Below are positions 38,671 to 49,017 of a stretch of DNA of 64,000 nucleotides, in pieces. The stretch spans positions 7,766 to 71,765 of the forward strand of contig CAYZTC010000001.1 in assembly GCA_964481345.1 (NCBI GenBank), in the 5' to 3' direction. The notes under the pieces were generated by a model, which ran no database searches, had not been told where the DNA came from, and saw nothing but the letters and a program-made list of their open reading frames with translations. The stretch's first letter is position 1. Every line of letters begins with the position of its first letter. Source of the stretch: an uncultured Candidatus Saccharibacteria bacterium (GTDB lineage Bacteria > Patescibacteriota > Dojkabacteria > SC72 > JAFGCJ01). Both the position numbers and the translations under genes were made by a program.

Positions 38671-39266
38671 GTTTTTTTAGTAACTTCAATTTTTAATATT
38701 CCTTCATTATTTCCTGGAAGAGATCCTTTCACCAATATGTAATCCTCACCAACCTCCAAAACCTTCCTTTTAATTACCGTTGATGTCACCCCTCCCATTC
38801 TTCCTGGCATTTTTTTACCAGGTAAAACTCTACCGGGATCTGTACCTGCTCCTATTGAACCTGGAGCCCTTAGTCTATCTGATTGACCATGGGTTCTAGG
38901 TCCACCCTTGAATCCGTGCCTCTTTACTACACCAGCAAAACCTTTCGACTTTGTTGTACCAGTAATTTTTAAAAGATCTCCTTCACTCAACATATCAACT
39001 CCAAACTCACCACCAATATCTAAATCACCCTCTGTATATACATCCCAAAACCGCTTTGGTGCATATCCTACTTTTTTATACATTCCTTTCTCTGGTTTAT
39101 TCATTTTTTTCTTTTTACCTATCCCCATTCTTATAAGTATCCCTTTTTTCCCTTCATCTTTTTTAAAGATCTTATTCTTAGGCACTTCAATAACGGTAAC
39201 AGGTACCACCCTGTCTTCAACATATATTTGAGTCATTCCTTTTTTTATTCCAATTATTTTTTTCAT
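38667..39266 (-). CDS. rplC: 50S ribosomal protein uL3
   Basis: GMTQ, KGFAGVVKRHGF, RAPGSIG, KMPGRMG. Confidence 0.98.
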   Translation of the reverse strand: MKKIIGIKKGMTQIYVEDRVVPVTVIEVPKNKIFKKDEGKKGILIRMGIGKKKKMNKPEKGMYKKVGYAPKRFWDVYTEGDLDIGGEFGVDMLSEGDLLKITGTTKSKGFAGVVKRHGFKGGPRTHGQSDRLRAPGSIGAGTDPGRVLPGKKMPGRMGGVTSTVIKRKVLEVGEDYILVKGSLPGNNEGILKIEVTKKT

Positions 39267-39331
39267 TTAAGTAGCATAGTAGTTAACCCACCTATGGCGG
39301 GGGCTTTACCACAATGAAACTACAAGATAAA

Positions 39332-39643
39332 TTACATAATCTCGATTCCAACACCTGCAGGGACCTGCAAATGTTGTAAAGCATCAATTGTTTGAGCCGT
39401 AGGCTCAAGAATATCTATCAAACGTTTATGCGTTCTTATTTCAAAATGCTCCATCGACCTTTTGTATACATGAGGAGATCTATTTACTGCATAACGTTGA
39501 ATCCTGGTAGGTAACGGGATAGGACCAGACACTTTTGCTCCAGTTCGTACAGCCGTCTCTATAATACTCTTTGCAGAGCGATCGACAACCCTAGAATCAT
39601 ATCCCTTAAGCTTTACCCTAATTGTTGGTGTTTTCCCTACCAT
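39332..39643 (-). CDS. rpsJ: 30S ribosomal protein uS10
   Basis: [24 protein letters not shown]. Confidence 0.98.
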   Translation of the reverse strand: MVGKTPTIRVKLKGYDSRVVDRSAKSIIETAVRTGAKVSGPIPLPTRIQRYAVNRSPHVYKRSMEHFEIRTHKRLIDILEPTAQTIDALQHLQVPAGVGIEIM

Positions 39644-39673
39644 TTCAATAAAGAGCCAAAAATTACATAAACT

Positions 39674-39696
39674 AAAAGGGGAGATCTCTCTCCCCC
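39674..39696 (-). terminator. intrinsic terminator or attenuator after tuf
   Basis: Minus strand GGGGAGA-gaga-TCTCCCC-TTTT. Confidence 0.65.
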
Positions 39697-39701
39697 ATTA
39701 T

Positions 39702-40874
39702 TTACTTGACTATATCGGTCACAACACCTGCTCCTACAGTCATTCCACCCTCTCTAAGTGCAAATCTCATTCCCTTTTCAACTACCACTGGAACAATAAG
39801 TTTGCAGTTGATCTCAACATCATCACCTGGCATTACCATTTCTGTTCCTTCAGGAAGTTTCACTTCACCAGTGACATCTGCCATCCTTACAAAGAACTGA
39901 GGTTTATATCCATCGATAAATGGTGTATGTCTTCCACCTTCTTCTTTCTTTAGTACATAAACCTGCGCCTTAAACTCCGTATGAGTCTTTACAGTACCTG
40001 GCTTCGCAACAATCTGCCCCCTTTCAACATCCTCTCTCTTAAGACCTCTAAGTAATAGGCCAACATTATCACCAGCCATACCTTCATCAAGAGTTTTATT
40101 GAACATCTCAACTCCAGTTATTGTTGATTTTGTATCTTTATTCAATCCAAGTATATCTACAGCATCCCCAACTTTTATCTTCCCTCTTTCAATTCTTCCT
40201 GTTGTTACTGTACCTCTCCCCTCAATTGAGAATACATCCTCAATTGGCATCAAAAGGTCTTTGTCCACCTCTCTTTTGGGCATTTTAATATACTCATCTA
40301 CAGCTTTCATAAGCTCTTTTACGGCCTCTACTCCTTCAGGCTTTCCATCCTCTGCGGCCTTTGCATCACCAACGATAATTGGACAATTCTCATCAAACTC
40401 ATACTTCTTCAAGATTTCTTTTATCTCAGTTTTTATAAGATCAATGATCTCATCATCAGCATCACCAAATTTGTTTATGAATACAACAATGTTTGGCACA
40501 CCAACCTGTTTTGCAAGAAGAACATGCTCCTTAGTCTGGGGCATTGGTCCATCAGCTGAGCTGACCACAAGAATTGCACCATCCATCTGTGCGGCACCTG
40601 TAATCATGTTTTTTACATAGTCCCTATGTCCTGGACAATCAACATGAGCATAGTGCCTATTGTCTGTAGAATACTCAACATGAGCTACAGCAATAGTAAG
40701 ACTCTTTGACCTTGATTCTGGTGACTTATCAAGCTTTTCTATCCACTTTTTTGCTTCATCACTTGAGTAAAGCTTCAAAATCCCCCTTACTAACGTGGTT
40801 TTACCATGATCAACATGACCAATAGTACCAATATTTAAGTGAGGCTTTGATCTCTCGAATTTTGTCTCTGCCAT
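39702..40874 (-). CDS. tuf: elongation factor Tu (divergent G domain)
   Basis: [32 protein letters not shown]; switch I, G4 and G5 are atypical. Confidence 0.97.
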   Translation of the reverse strand: MAETKFERSKPHLNIGTIGHVDHGKTTLVRGILKLYSSDEAKKWIEKLDKSPESRSKSLTIAVAHVEYSTDNRHYAHVDCPGHRDYVKNMITGAAQMDGAILVVSSADGPMPQTKEHVLLAKQVGVPNIVVFINKFGDADDEIIDLIKTEIKEILKKYEFDENCPIIVGDAKAAEDGKPEGVEAVKELMKAVDEYIKMPKREVDKDLLMPIEDVFSIEGRGTVTTGRIERGKIKVGDAVDILGLNKDTKSTITGVEMFNKTLDEGMAGDNVGLLLRGLKREDVERGQIVAKPGTVKTHTEFKAQVYVLKKEEGGRHTPFIDGYKPQFFVRMADVTGEVKLPEGTEMVMPGDDVEINCKLIVPVVVEKGMRFALREGGMTVGAGVVTDIVK

Positions 40875-40954
40875 TTTATTAAGATTTATAAATTATTATT
40901 TTGATTTATATTTACTGTAAATCAATATTTTGTTATTTATTTGCAACGTTGCGT

Positions 40955-40983
40955 ATAATACCAAAAATAACTTTGCCTTTCAA
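40955..40983 (-). promoter_or_regulatory. sigma70-type promoter for tuf
   Basis: TTGAAA-N17-TATTAT with TGn extension in the fusA-tuf spacer. Confidence 0.65.
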
Positions 40984-41018
40984 GAAAGCCCTTAGGCCAA
41001 AGTTATCAGATATCGATT

Positions 41019-43124
41019 TTACTCCTCTGACTTAGCCGCCATTTCCTTCATAATATTACGAGGAACTTTATCATAATGAGAAAATTCGATATTTGGCACC
41101 CCTCTTCCAGAGGTCATAGACCTTAACTGATTGGTAAAACCAAAAAGTTGTGCGAGAGGAACTTTTGCCTTAATAACCTGTAAATTCCCTCGAACCTCTG
41201 TACCTTCAATTCTTCCTCTTTTGCTGCTTAAATGTCCAGTAACATCACCCATATGCTCTTCTGGTAACACTACCTCAACATCCATTATTGGTTCGAGTAT
41301 TACTGGGCTCGCCTTTTTTGCTCCAGCCCTAAATGCTTGAGCACCTGCTATCTTAAATGCGGCTTCTGATGAGTCAACTTCATGAAATGACCCATCGTAG
41401 ACGGCAACCTTTACATCTACTACTGGATATCCAGCAATAACTCCTGATAACAAAGCCTCCTCTACTCCTTTTCTTACTGCAACAATATATTCCTTTGGAA
41501 TAGAACCACCCCTAACTTCATCTACAAACTCAAAACCCTCTCCAGTCTTGTTTGGCTCAATCCTAATCCAACAATGACCATACTGGCCCCTACCACCAGA
41601 CTGGTGAATATACTTTCCTTCTTGCTCAACAGTTTTTTGTACTGTCTCTTTATATGCTACCTGTGGCTTTCCAACACCAGCCTCAACATTAAATTCTCGT
41701 TTCATCCTATCAACAATAATTTCCAGATGAAGCTCACCCATTCCAGAAATAATTGTCTGTCCAGTTTCATTATTTACAGAAACCTTAAAAGTAGGATCCT
41801 CTCCTGTAAGTCTTTTTAATGCAATACCCATCTTTTCCTGGTCAGCTGAAGATTTTGGCTCAACCGCAACATTAACAACTGGATCAGGGAAATCAATCTT
41901 TTCAAGAAGAACTGGATGCTTTGGATCACAAAGGGTATCACCAGTCGTAGAATTCTTCAGTCCAACAACTGCTGCTATATCACCAGTTCGAACGCCTCCA
42001 ACCTCTTCTCTGTCATTTGCATGCATAAGCACCAATCGTCCAACTCTTTCTTTTGTCCCTCTTCCAGCGTTTAAAACATAGGTTCCAGCATCTAATTGCC
42101 CAGAATAAACTCTTACATAGGCAAGACTTCCAATATGTGGGTCACTAGCAATTTTAAACACGAGTCCAGTAAAAGGCTGGTCATCTGAACATTTTATCTT
42201 TACCTTTTTTTCAGGATTATTGATCTCCATTCCTTCTATTTCAATGATATCATTTGGAGCTGGAAGCAGTCTTACTACTAAATCCAAAAGTTTAGGAACA
42301 ACATTACCCTTTCTTGAATCACCACCAGAGACCGGAAAAAACTGACCACTTAAAACAGCCTTTCTTAAAACTTTCCAGATTTCTTCATTACTAAGATCTT
42401 CACCATCGAGATACCTTTCCATAAAAGCATCATCGTACTCAGCAATCCCTTCGATAATTTCTGTTCTTAGCTTGTCAACCTTTTCTTTATATTCATCTGG
42501 AATCTCAATTTCCTCAAGAGTCTCAACCTCTGAATTAGGATCATATTTATAGGCTTTCTTTGTAACAATATTTATTATTCCATTAATTCCCTTTTCAAAA
42601 CCCATTGGAAGATGGACAACATATGCATTTTTACTTAGTCTTTCCCTAATTGAGTCCAAGGACATCTGGAAGTCGCCACCCACAAGGTTCAGTTTATTTA
42701 TAAAGCAAATCCTTGGTACATTATATTTATCAGCCTGTCTCCATACTGTCTCTGATTGAGGCTCTACCCCCATTTTCCCATCAAAAATCACAACTGCACC
42801 ATCAAGTACTCTTAAAGACCTTTCAACCTCAGCCGTGAAATCTACATGACCAGGAGTATCGATAATATTTATTCTATGCTTAACATTATCTACTGTCCAA
42901 AAACAAGTTGTTGCTGCAGACTGAATTGTAATACCTCTTTCTTGTTCAAGTTCCATCCAATCCATCTGGGTATTCCCATCATCTATCTTTCCAAGCTTAT
43001 GAATTTTCCCAGTAAAATACAGGACAGATTCAGTCGTAGTGGTTTTTCCTGCATCGATATGTGCAATAATTCCAATATTTCGGATTTTATCCAGATCAAA
43101 TTTTACGTTTTCCCCTTTTGCCAT
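41019..43124 (-). CDS. fusA: elongation factor G
   Basis: AHIDAGKTT, ERGITI, DTPGHVDF, GMGELHL, GSFHEVDSSE; G4 reads NKLN. Confidence 0.98.
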   Translation of the reverse strand: MAKGENVKFDLDKIRNIGIIAHIDAGKTTTTESVLYFTGKIHKLGKIDDGNTQMDWMELEQERGITIQSAATTCFWTVDNVKHRINIIDTPGHVDFTAEVERSLRVLDGAVVIFDGKMGVEPQSETVWRQADKYNVPRICFINKLNLVGGDFQMSLDSIRERLSKNAYVVHLPMGFEKGINGIINIVTKKAYKYDPNSEVETLEEIEIPDEYKEKVDKLRTEIIEGIAEYDDAFMERYLDGEDLSNEEIWKVLRKAVLSGQFFPVSGGDSRKGNVVPKLLDLVVRLLPAPNDIIEIEGMEINNPEKKVKIKCSDDQPFTGLVFKIASDPHIGSLAYVRVYSGQLDAGTYVLNAGRGTKERVGRLVLMHANDREEVGGVRTGDIAAVVGLKNSTTGDTLCDPKHPVLLEKIDFPDPVVNVAVEPKSSADQEKMGIALKRLTGEDPTFKVSVNNETGQTIISGMGELHLEIIVDRMKREFNVEAGVGKPQVAYKETVQKTVEQEGKYIHQSGGRGQYGHCWIRIEPNKTGEGFEFVDEVRGGSIPKEYIVAVRKGVEEALLSGVIAGYPVVDVKVAVYDGSFHEVDSSEAAFKIAGAQAFRAGAKKASPVILEPIMDVEVVLPEEHMGDVTGHLSSKRGRIEGTEVRGNLQVIKAKVPLAQLFGFTNQLRSMTSGRGVPNIEFSHYDKVPRNIMKEMAAKSEE

Positions 43125-43170
43125 AGCTATAGACTAAGTAAAATGAAACTCGAGGATTATATACAAACTT

Positions 43171-44634
43171 TTATATCCTGTCCAACGTCTTTGTTGCTTC
43201 TGCAGAAACCTTACCCTCAAGGTCTAACTCCACAGTTCTTTCAAGTTCTACTAATGCCTCACTATCCATACCTGTCTGATAAAGGATTCTACCATAAAGA
43301 AGGTGATATTTCGCTTCTTTTTCATCTAATTCGACTGCATGCTGAACAAATTCTTCAGCCTTATCCCATTCTCCATTACCATAACTCACTCCTGCATTTA
43401 GATAGTAATACTCAGGCTTTAAATCGTCATCCAGCCAGTCAACATCTATTTGTTCAATCTTGTTTTGAAGTTGAGAGTACAACTCTCGGTCAAGCAATGA
43501 GCTACACCATACTAGCTGCAAGTAATCACTATCGATATCATCACTTAATAAAAGAATAATCTCCTGCTCTTCTGCTCTTGCATATTGCTCCTTAGATAAA
43601 AGAACATCAAAATACTCGTGCCTAATATTAGTCTCATCATCTGAGAGGTTTATGGCCTTTTCATAATATTTGATCATTTCACTTTCATCGTCACGTCCCA
43701 TATGAGCTCTTGCTAGAAGTAACACTCCGATAGGATCATCACTATCTAAAACATATGCATTTTGCAGATATTCCACAGCATTTTCATAATCTCCCTTCAT
43801 CAAGTACGCATGCCCAAGATATAGATTAAGCTCCCAATATAATTCATACTCAGACAAGTAATCAGATAAAATCCCTATTACTAAATCAGGATACTCTGAA
43901 AAAAGTGCGGCTCTGGATACCATTACTGAGACATATACATCTGTCTTATACTCATCATCAAGATTGTCGATATCCCCAAGTACATCTTTAAAAAAGTCTA
44001 CCTCATCTGCAACATCATCACCTACATCACTTAAATCCAAGTCATCAATTATATCTTCTGCTTCCTCAACATCATCACCAAGTAGCATTGCATCTAAAAG
44101 TTTTGCTCTCACATACAGATTATAATCATCATCAGAAATATCTAATTTCCTACTGGACTTTTCAAAATCTCCAGCCCCAACATAGGCCTGTGCTAGCTGA
44201 AAACTTGCAAGATCATTATCTTTATCTTTTTTTACTGCACTTTCTAGAAAGTATATTGCCCTACTATAATTACCATCATTCAAATATATCTCCCCTAACA
44301 TCCCATACATTTCACTTGACTGTCTTGATTTATTAACTCCAACTTGAAGTATCTCTACAGCACTATCTTCTCTATTCTTTAATAGATAAACTTCTGCAAG
44401 CCCAGAATATATTTCGTAGTTACCTCCATCAATTTCCTCAGCCTCCTGATACTTTTCTACTGCAAGAAAATAGTACTGATCCTCAACATATTCCTTTGCC
44501 TCCCCAACCAACTCACCAGCTCTTGCAATATTTTCCTGGGATGGAACATAAATAAAAAAATAATAAATTACTCCCAAAGGAATCAATACACCAATTGCAA
44601 TAAGGAGATACTTTATCAGTTTCTTTTTATTCAT
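43171..44634 (-). CDS. membrane-anchored TPR-repeat protein
   Basis: N-terminal TM; repeated helix pairs such as LGEIYLNDGNYSRAIYFLE and LGHAYLMKGDYENAVEYL. Confidence 0.85.
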   Translation of the reverse strand: MNKKKLIKYLLIAIGVLIPLGVIYYFFIYVPSQENIARAGELVGEAKEYVEDQYYFLAVEKYQEAEEIDGGNYEIYSGLAEVYLLKNREDSAVEILQVGVNKSRQSSEMYGMLGEIYLNDGNYSRAIYFLESAVKKDKDNDLASFQLAQAYVGAGDFEKSSRKLDISDDDYNLYVRAKLLDAMLLGDDVEEAEDIIDDLDLSDVGDDVADEVDFFKDVLGDIDNLDDEYKTDVYVSVMVSRAALFSEYPDLVIGILSDYLSEYELYWELNLYLGHAYLMKGDYENAVEYLQNAYVLDSDDPIGVLLLARAHMGRDDESEMIKYYEKAINLSDDETNIRHEYFDVLLSKEQYARAEEQEIILLLSDDIDSDYLQLVWCSSLLDRELYSQLQNKIEQIDVDWLDDDLKPEYYYLNAGVSYGNGEWDKAEEFVQHAVELDEKEAKYHLLYGRILYQTGMDSEALVELERTVELDLEGKVSAEATKTLDRI

Positions 44635-44783
44635 CTGAATGCAGATTAAATGGAGCTAACTTATATAATTAAAGATAAACATCTCAATGTCAAATGTCCA
44701 AAATCACCCAGGTTGATTTCAGAACCTACACTATCTATACTTGACTAGTCCATAATTGGACTTTAATTAAATCTGCTTAGAGG

Positions 44784-45719
44784 ATGTCGTCTGAGTCAAA
44801 AGGAATGATTGTAAGAAGGTTTGTTACTTTCCTTTCCGCATTCATAATAACCTCATTATTTGCGGGTAAACTTACTGATTACACTTTAGCTGAGGATCCA
44901 GAACTTGAGACAGAAGTATTAGGAGTAAGTACTGAAGATAATGTAATAGAAGTCCTTCCAACAAAACCAAGAATACTATCGATTTTTAAACCTAAAACTG
45001 TAGAGATATACCATATGGGCACAATATATAGAGGTGTAACATACTCCAGAACAGTGGAAGAAGCCATAGAAGACCTAGGGGTTGAAATAATAGAAAACTC
45101 ACTCATTACACCGGATAAGGACTACATTCTAGGGCTTTTTACATCAGTCAGAATAGATGAAATCGAAAGGGTAAAACATGTCGAATATGAGTACATAGCA
45201 TACGACACTATTGAGCAAGAAGATGATACTACTGAATGGGGAAAGGAAAGCATAGTCCAACCTGGAATAACCGGTCAAAGAAAACTAACGTTTGAATACC
45301 TCTATATAAACAATGTATACAAAGGAAAAATACTAGTATCAGAGGAGATAGTTGTAGAGCCGCAGGAAGAGATAGTTGCGATTGGTACAAAGAAGGTATT
45401 TAAAGAAATTACAATAAATGGTGATACATTCTCATACTGGATAACTATGAACGTATATGCAACCTCATATGATAGCTCCTGTCCCGGATGTTCAACTAGA
45501 ACTGCAACAGGCATGACACTAGACAAGGGCATTATTGCTGTCGACCCAACAGTAATTCCACTTCACACTAAAATGTATGTACCTGGATACGGCTTTGGTG
45601 CTGCTGAGGATACAGGAGGAGCAATTAAAGGATACAAAATTGACTTAGGATTTGATGACCTTAAGGAACATCAGGGTGAATGGAGTGCAAGATATGTCGA
45701 TATCTACCTTCTAGACTGA
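44784..45719 (+). CDS. G5 plus 3D-domain cell-wall protein (YabE-like)
   Basis: G5 (QPGITG...AIGTK) and 3D (IAVDPTVIPL, AEDTGGAIKG, IDL). Confidence 0.9.
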   Translation: MSSESKGMIVRRFVTFLSAFIITSLFAGKLTDYTLAEDPELETEVLGVSTEDNVIEVLPTKPRILSIFKPKTVEIYHMGTIYRGVTYSRTVEEAIEDLGVEIIENSLITPDKDYILGLFTSVRIDEIERVKHVEYEYIAYDTIEQEDDTTEWGKESIVQPGITGQRKLTFEYLYINNVYKGKILVSEEIVVEPQEEIVAIGTKKVFKEITINGDTFSYWITMNVYATSYDSSCPGCSTRTATGMTLDKGIIAVDPTVIPLHTKMYVPGYGFGAAEDTGGAIKGYKIDLGFDDLKEHQGEWSARYVDIYLLD

Positions 45720-47753
45720 AGAGTTATCCCAAGAATAAAAATCTACTAGATCAGGTGGTATCTCAGATATAAATCTGGACGGAATCCTCTCTCCAAAACC
45801 TCCATATGTACTCCTGTTTTCAGCATAGGAAAGAAATAGTCTCTTTTTTGCCCTAGTTATTCCCACATAACAAAGTCTTCTTTCTTCCTCCAGCTCAGAT
45901 GGACTGGTGAATGAACGCACATGTGGAAACAGACCTTCCTCCATCCCAACAACAAATACATCGTTATACTCTAGACCTTTTGCAGAATGAAGAGTCATTA
46001 GTGTAACCATTTCATCATCTATCTGGTCATCATCATACTTACTATCCTGCTCAACAAGTGCTACATCAGAAAGAAATTCCAAAAGCGAATCCTTAGGACC
46101 AAGCTTGGAATATTTATCAGCTACAACCTTTAGCTCATATATATTTTCTTTTCTGGACTCTGCTTGTTCTGTACCGTCATCTATCCACTTTTCATATTTA
46201 GTCATATCCAATATTTCGTCTATTAGCAACCTTGCATTTATTGATTTTGAAATATCATAAAGATTGCCAAATAAGTTGATAACCTTTTCATATTTTGAAT
46301 AAATATTTAGATTTTTTCCCTTTTCCAATTCATCCTTAAACCCTTTTGCAATCTTTTCACTTGGAATAAACTTTTCAATATTCTTTACATTATTTTTCCC
46401 CGCCCAAAGAAGTAAAAGAGCTACCCCAAGTTTGTACTTGCCACCACAAAACTCTTTTGCAAACCTTTTCAGTTCTTCAAGAGACTTTTCCCCAATCTTT
46501 CTCGATGGTACATTCAATATCCTAACTAGCGACGTCATGTCTTGAGGATTTGCAAGAAATCTAAGATATGCAAGTAAGTCTTTGATCTCTCTTCTTTCGT
46601 AGAATCTCACTCCTCCCACCAATCTATATGGAATGGTATTTCTAATCAAAATTTCCTCAATAATTCGCGACTGTGCATTTGTCCGATAAAGGATAACAAT
46701 ATCATTTAGTTTATTCCCTTCATTTCGTATTTCTTTAATTCTATCAATAACAAACTCCACCTCATCTTTTCCACTTTTAGCCTGATACAGTACAACCTTT
46801 TCACCCTCCCTCGCATCTGTCCACAGGTCCTTATCAGCTCTTTCTGTATTTTGAATAATTACTGAATGTGCCGCATGAAGGATATTCCTTGAGGAGCGGT
46901 AGTTCTTTTCAAGCTTAATAACTTTCGCACCTGGAAAATCTTTTTCAAAACTTAATATATTTTTTATGGTTGCACCTCTCCATGAATAAATTCCCTGATC
47001 ATCATCCCCAACAACACATATATTCTTATGTTTGTTTACAATATTTTTTATCAGCTGATACTGAATCAAATTTGTATCCTGATACTCATCAACCAAAACA
47101 TATTTATACTGAGTGTGATACTTTTTTCTAATATCTGGATTTTCCTCAAGTATCTGTAAAGGAAGAATCTGTAGATCATCAAAGTCAGCCGCATTCTGAG
47201 ATCTTAACCTTTTCTCATACTCAGAATATACATCTGAAACGACCTCTTCCAATTGCCCCCTTACAAAACTCGGATATTCTTTAGGAGAAATCCTCTCATT
47301 TTTTGCTGAGCTTATAAGACTTGCTATCACAGTAGGATTGAACTGCTTCCTGTCAATGTTTTTATCATCCATGATCTGCTTAATCAAATGAAGAACATCG
47401 TCAGGATCATATATTGAAAAACCATAGGGCAAACCTATTATTCTTCCCTCTTTTCTTAATAGTTGCGCACCAAAAGAATGGAAAGTTCCAATAAATGGCA
47501 GCCTCCCAGTCCACTTGCCCTTTAAGTTTTCCTTCATAAGCTGTCTTACCCTTGACTTCATTTCCCCTGCAGCCTTTCTGGTAAATGTCACTGCAAGAAT
47601 ATTTTCTGGTTCAACCACCTTATCCAAAATCAACCTTGCGATTCTATAGGTAATCACCCTTGTTTTACCGGAGCCTGCACCAGCAAAAATTAAAAGAGGC
47701 CCACTATCATGTAACACAGCTTCCTTTTGCTGCTGGTTTAAAGATTCAATCAT
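45711..47753 (-). CDS. pcrA: ATP-dependent DNA helicase PcrA/UvrD
   Basis: AGAGSGKT, VDEYQDTN, NYRS, HSAKGLEY, EERRLCYVGITRA. Confidence 0.96.
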   Translation of the reverse strand: MIESLNQQQKEAVLHDSGPLLIFAGAGSGKTRVITYRIARLILDKVVEPENILAVTFTRKAAGEMKSRVRQLMKENLKGKWTGRLPFIGTFHSFGAQLLRKEGRIIGLPYGFSIYDPDDVLHLIKQIMDDKNIDRKQFNPTVIASLISSAKNERISPKEYPSFVRGQLEEVVSDVYSEYEKRLRSQNAADFDDLQILPLQILEENPDIRKKYHTQYKYVLVDEYQDTNLIQYQLIKNIVNKHKNICVVGDDDQGIYSWRGATIKNILSFEKDFPGAKVIKLEKNYRSSRNILHAAHSVIIQNTERADKDLWTDAREGEKVVLYQAKSGKDEVEFVIDRIKEIRNEGNKLNDIVILYRTNAQSRIIEEILIRNTIPYRLVGGVRFYERREIKDLLAYLRFLANPQDMTSLVRILNVPSRKIGEKSLEELKRFAKEFCGGKYKLGVALLLLWAGKNNVKNIEKFIPSEKIAKGFKDELEKGKNLNIYSKYEKVINLFGNLYDISKSINARLLIDEILDMTKYEKWIDDGTEQAESRKENIYELKVVADKYSKLGPKDSLLEFLSDVALVEQDSKYDDDQIDDEMVTLMTLHSAKGLEYNDVFVVGMEEGLFPHVRSFTSPSELEEERRLCYVGITRAKKRLFLSYAENRSTYGGFGERIPSRFISEIPPDLVDFYSWDNSSV

Positions 47754-47760
47754 GAAATGA

Positions 47761-48975
47761 TTATAGCTTTTTTACATATTCACAAAATACCCATCCCTCA
47801 TTTACCCCATCGTACACAATATTGCACCATCCAACCTTTTCTTCTTTAAGTATAGTCGCATATCCAACATCCACAGCACTAATCTGATCACAACTTGGAT
47901 GTCCACACTCTCTTACAGTCAAAACACCTGTACCTGTCTCTCTAATTTCAACAAGCTGATAGCCACCCTCAGATACACTTATGCTTATACTTAAGGCTGT
48001 ATCAACAATCCAGCTTGCAGGTAGTCTTATTAGCTCATATTGCTCAGTGTATGTGTCTGGAAGTATTGGTGCTCTACCGGAAAACTCAAATGTAGCTACC
48101 TCCCCTGGCATCACAATCTCCTCAGTAGGTGTAACAATTCTTGAAAAGCTTGACCATTCATCTGGAAAATAAATAACACTTGCATGCCCTCGAGGATCAG
48201 AAGTTGCAAGATATGTAGCTCTACTTCCACTGTTATACCATGGAAAATCACCTGTATTTTCTGCAGTCACTACCACACTAAAAGTTTCCCATGATTTCGC
48301 ACTGCCTTCATAAGTAACTTCGATAATTTCACCAGACAAATCGAGACCTAGGCCATCACCAGTCTTATATTCCTTCTTAAAATTGCTTACCCAGTTTACA
48401 AGGTATCCATCAGCAGCAGTAGTAATATTTATTACAGATGGCTGACTCTCCTGAGAAATACTAAATGATAGATCACCAATAAAGATATCTTGCATCTCGA
48501 TTGAAAAGGTTGTCGCGGCTTTACTGACAATATCTGTCAAAGTGTCATCCCCTTGGTTTGTAAGTCCTCTTTCATTATCAAAATATGCTATTAAAAGAGG
48601 ATTGCTGTAGTCTTTTTCAACATCAAACGTTGCAAGTGGGTTTACTTCATACTCACCTCCCCTGCCTTCATAAACATCACCTTGCCAGGAAACTACATAG
48701 TGAAATGGCACATCCAAAAAGTTTAAATGTGTAATCATATAATAGTACAATCCCTTCATCCATTCATCTCCATCACTAAAGCTGATTGACTCCCCACTTT
48801 CTATCCTTACAATACAAATTGAATCTATATAACCATAAGTATTTTGACTTTGATCAGAAAGCCCCTCATCGAAATTAAGATCATCCCTTGTTACTATCTC
48901 CTGGGCAAAAACAGGAGATGTGAGGAAAAATACTGAAAATAAGATTAGTAATACAAAAAACAATAATTTCTTCAT
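47761..48975 (-). CDS. secreted protein with degenerate PGRP/amidase_2-like, Ig-like and SH3-like domains
   Basis: Signal peptide; DVPFHYVVSWQGDVYEGRG; NTGDFPW...VMPGEVATFEF; LTVRE...GWC...EGWV. Confidence 0.65.
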   Translation of the reverse strand: MKKLLFFVLLILFSVFFLTSPVFAQEIVTRDDLNFDEGLSDQSQNTYGYIDSICIVRIESGESISFSDGDEWMKGLYYYMITHLNFLDVPFHYVVSWQGDVYEGRGGEYEVNPLATFDVEKDYSNPLLIAYFDNERGLTNQGDDTLTDIVSKAATTFSIEMQDIFIGDLSFSISQESQPSVINITTAADGYLVNWVSNFKKEYKTGDGLGLDLSGEIIEVTYEGSAKSWETFSVVVTAENTGDFPWYNSGSRATYLATSDPRGHASVIYFPDEWSSFSRIVTPTEEIVMPGEVATFEFSGRAPILPDTYTEQYELIRLPASWIVDTALSISISVSEGGYQLVEIRETGTGVLTVRECGHPSCDQISAVDVGYATILKEEKVGWCNIVYDGVNEGWVFCEYVKKL

Positions 48976-49017
48976 GTTGTTAAGTATACAAAAAACAAGT
49001 AGTAAATTGAAATGTAT

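Noticed and set aside
40099-43559. Long plus-strand ORFs (173 aa and 237 aa) opposite tuf, fusA and the TPR gene
   Set aside because: Shadow frames of conserved genes with no protein-like motifs. The same applies to the many antisense ORFs across the r-protein cluster.
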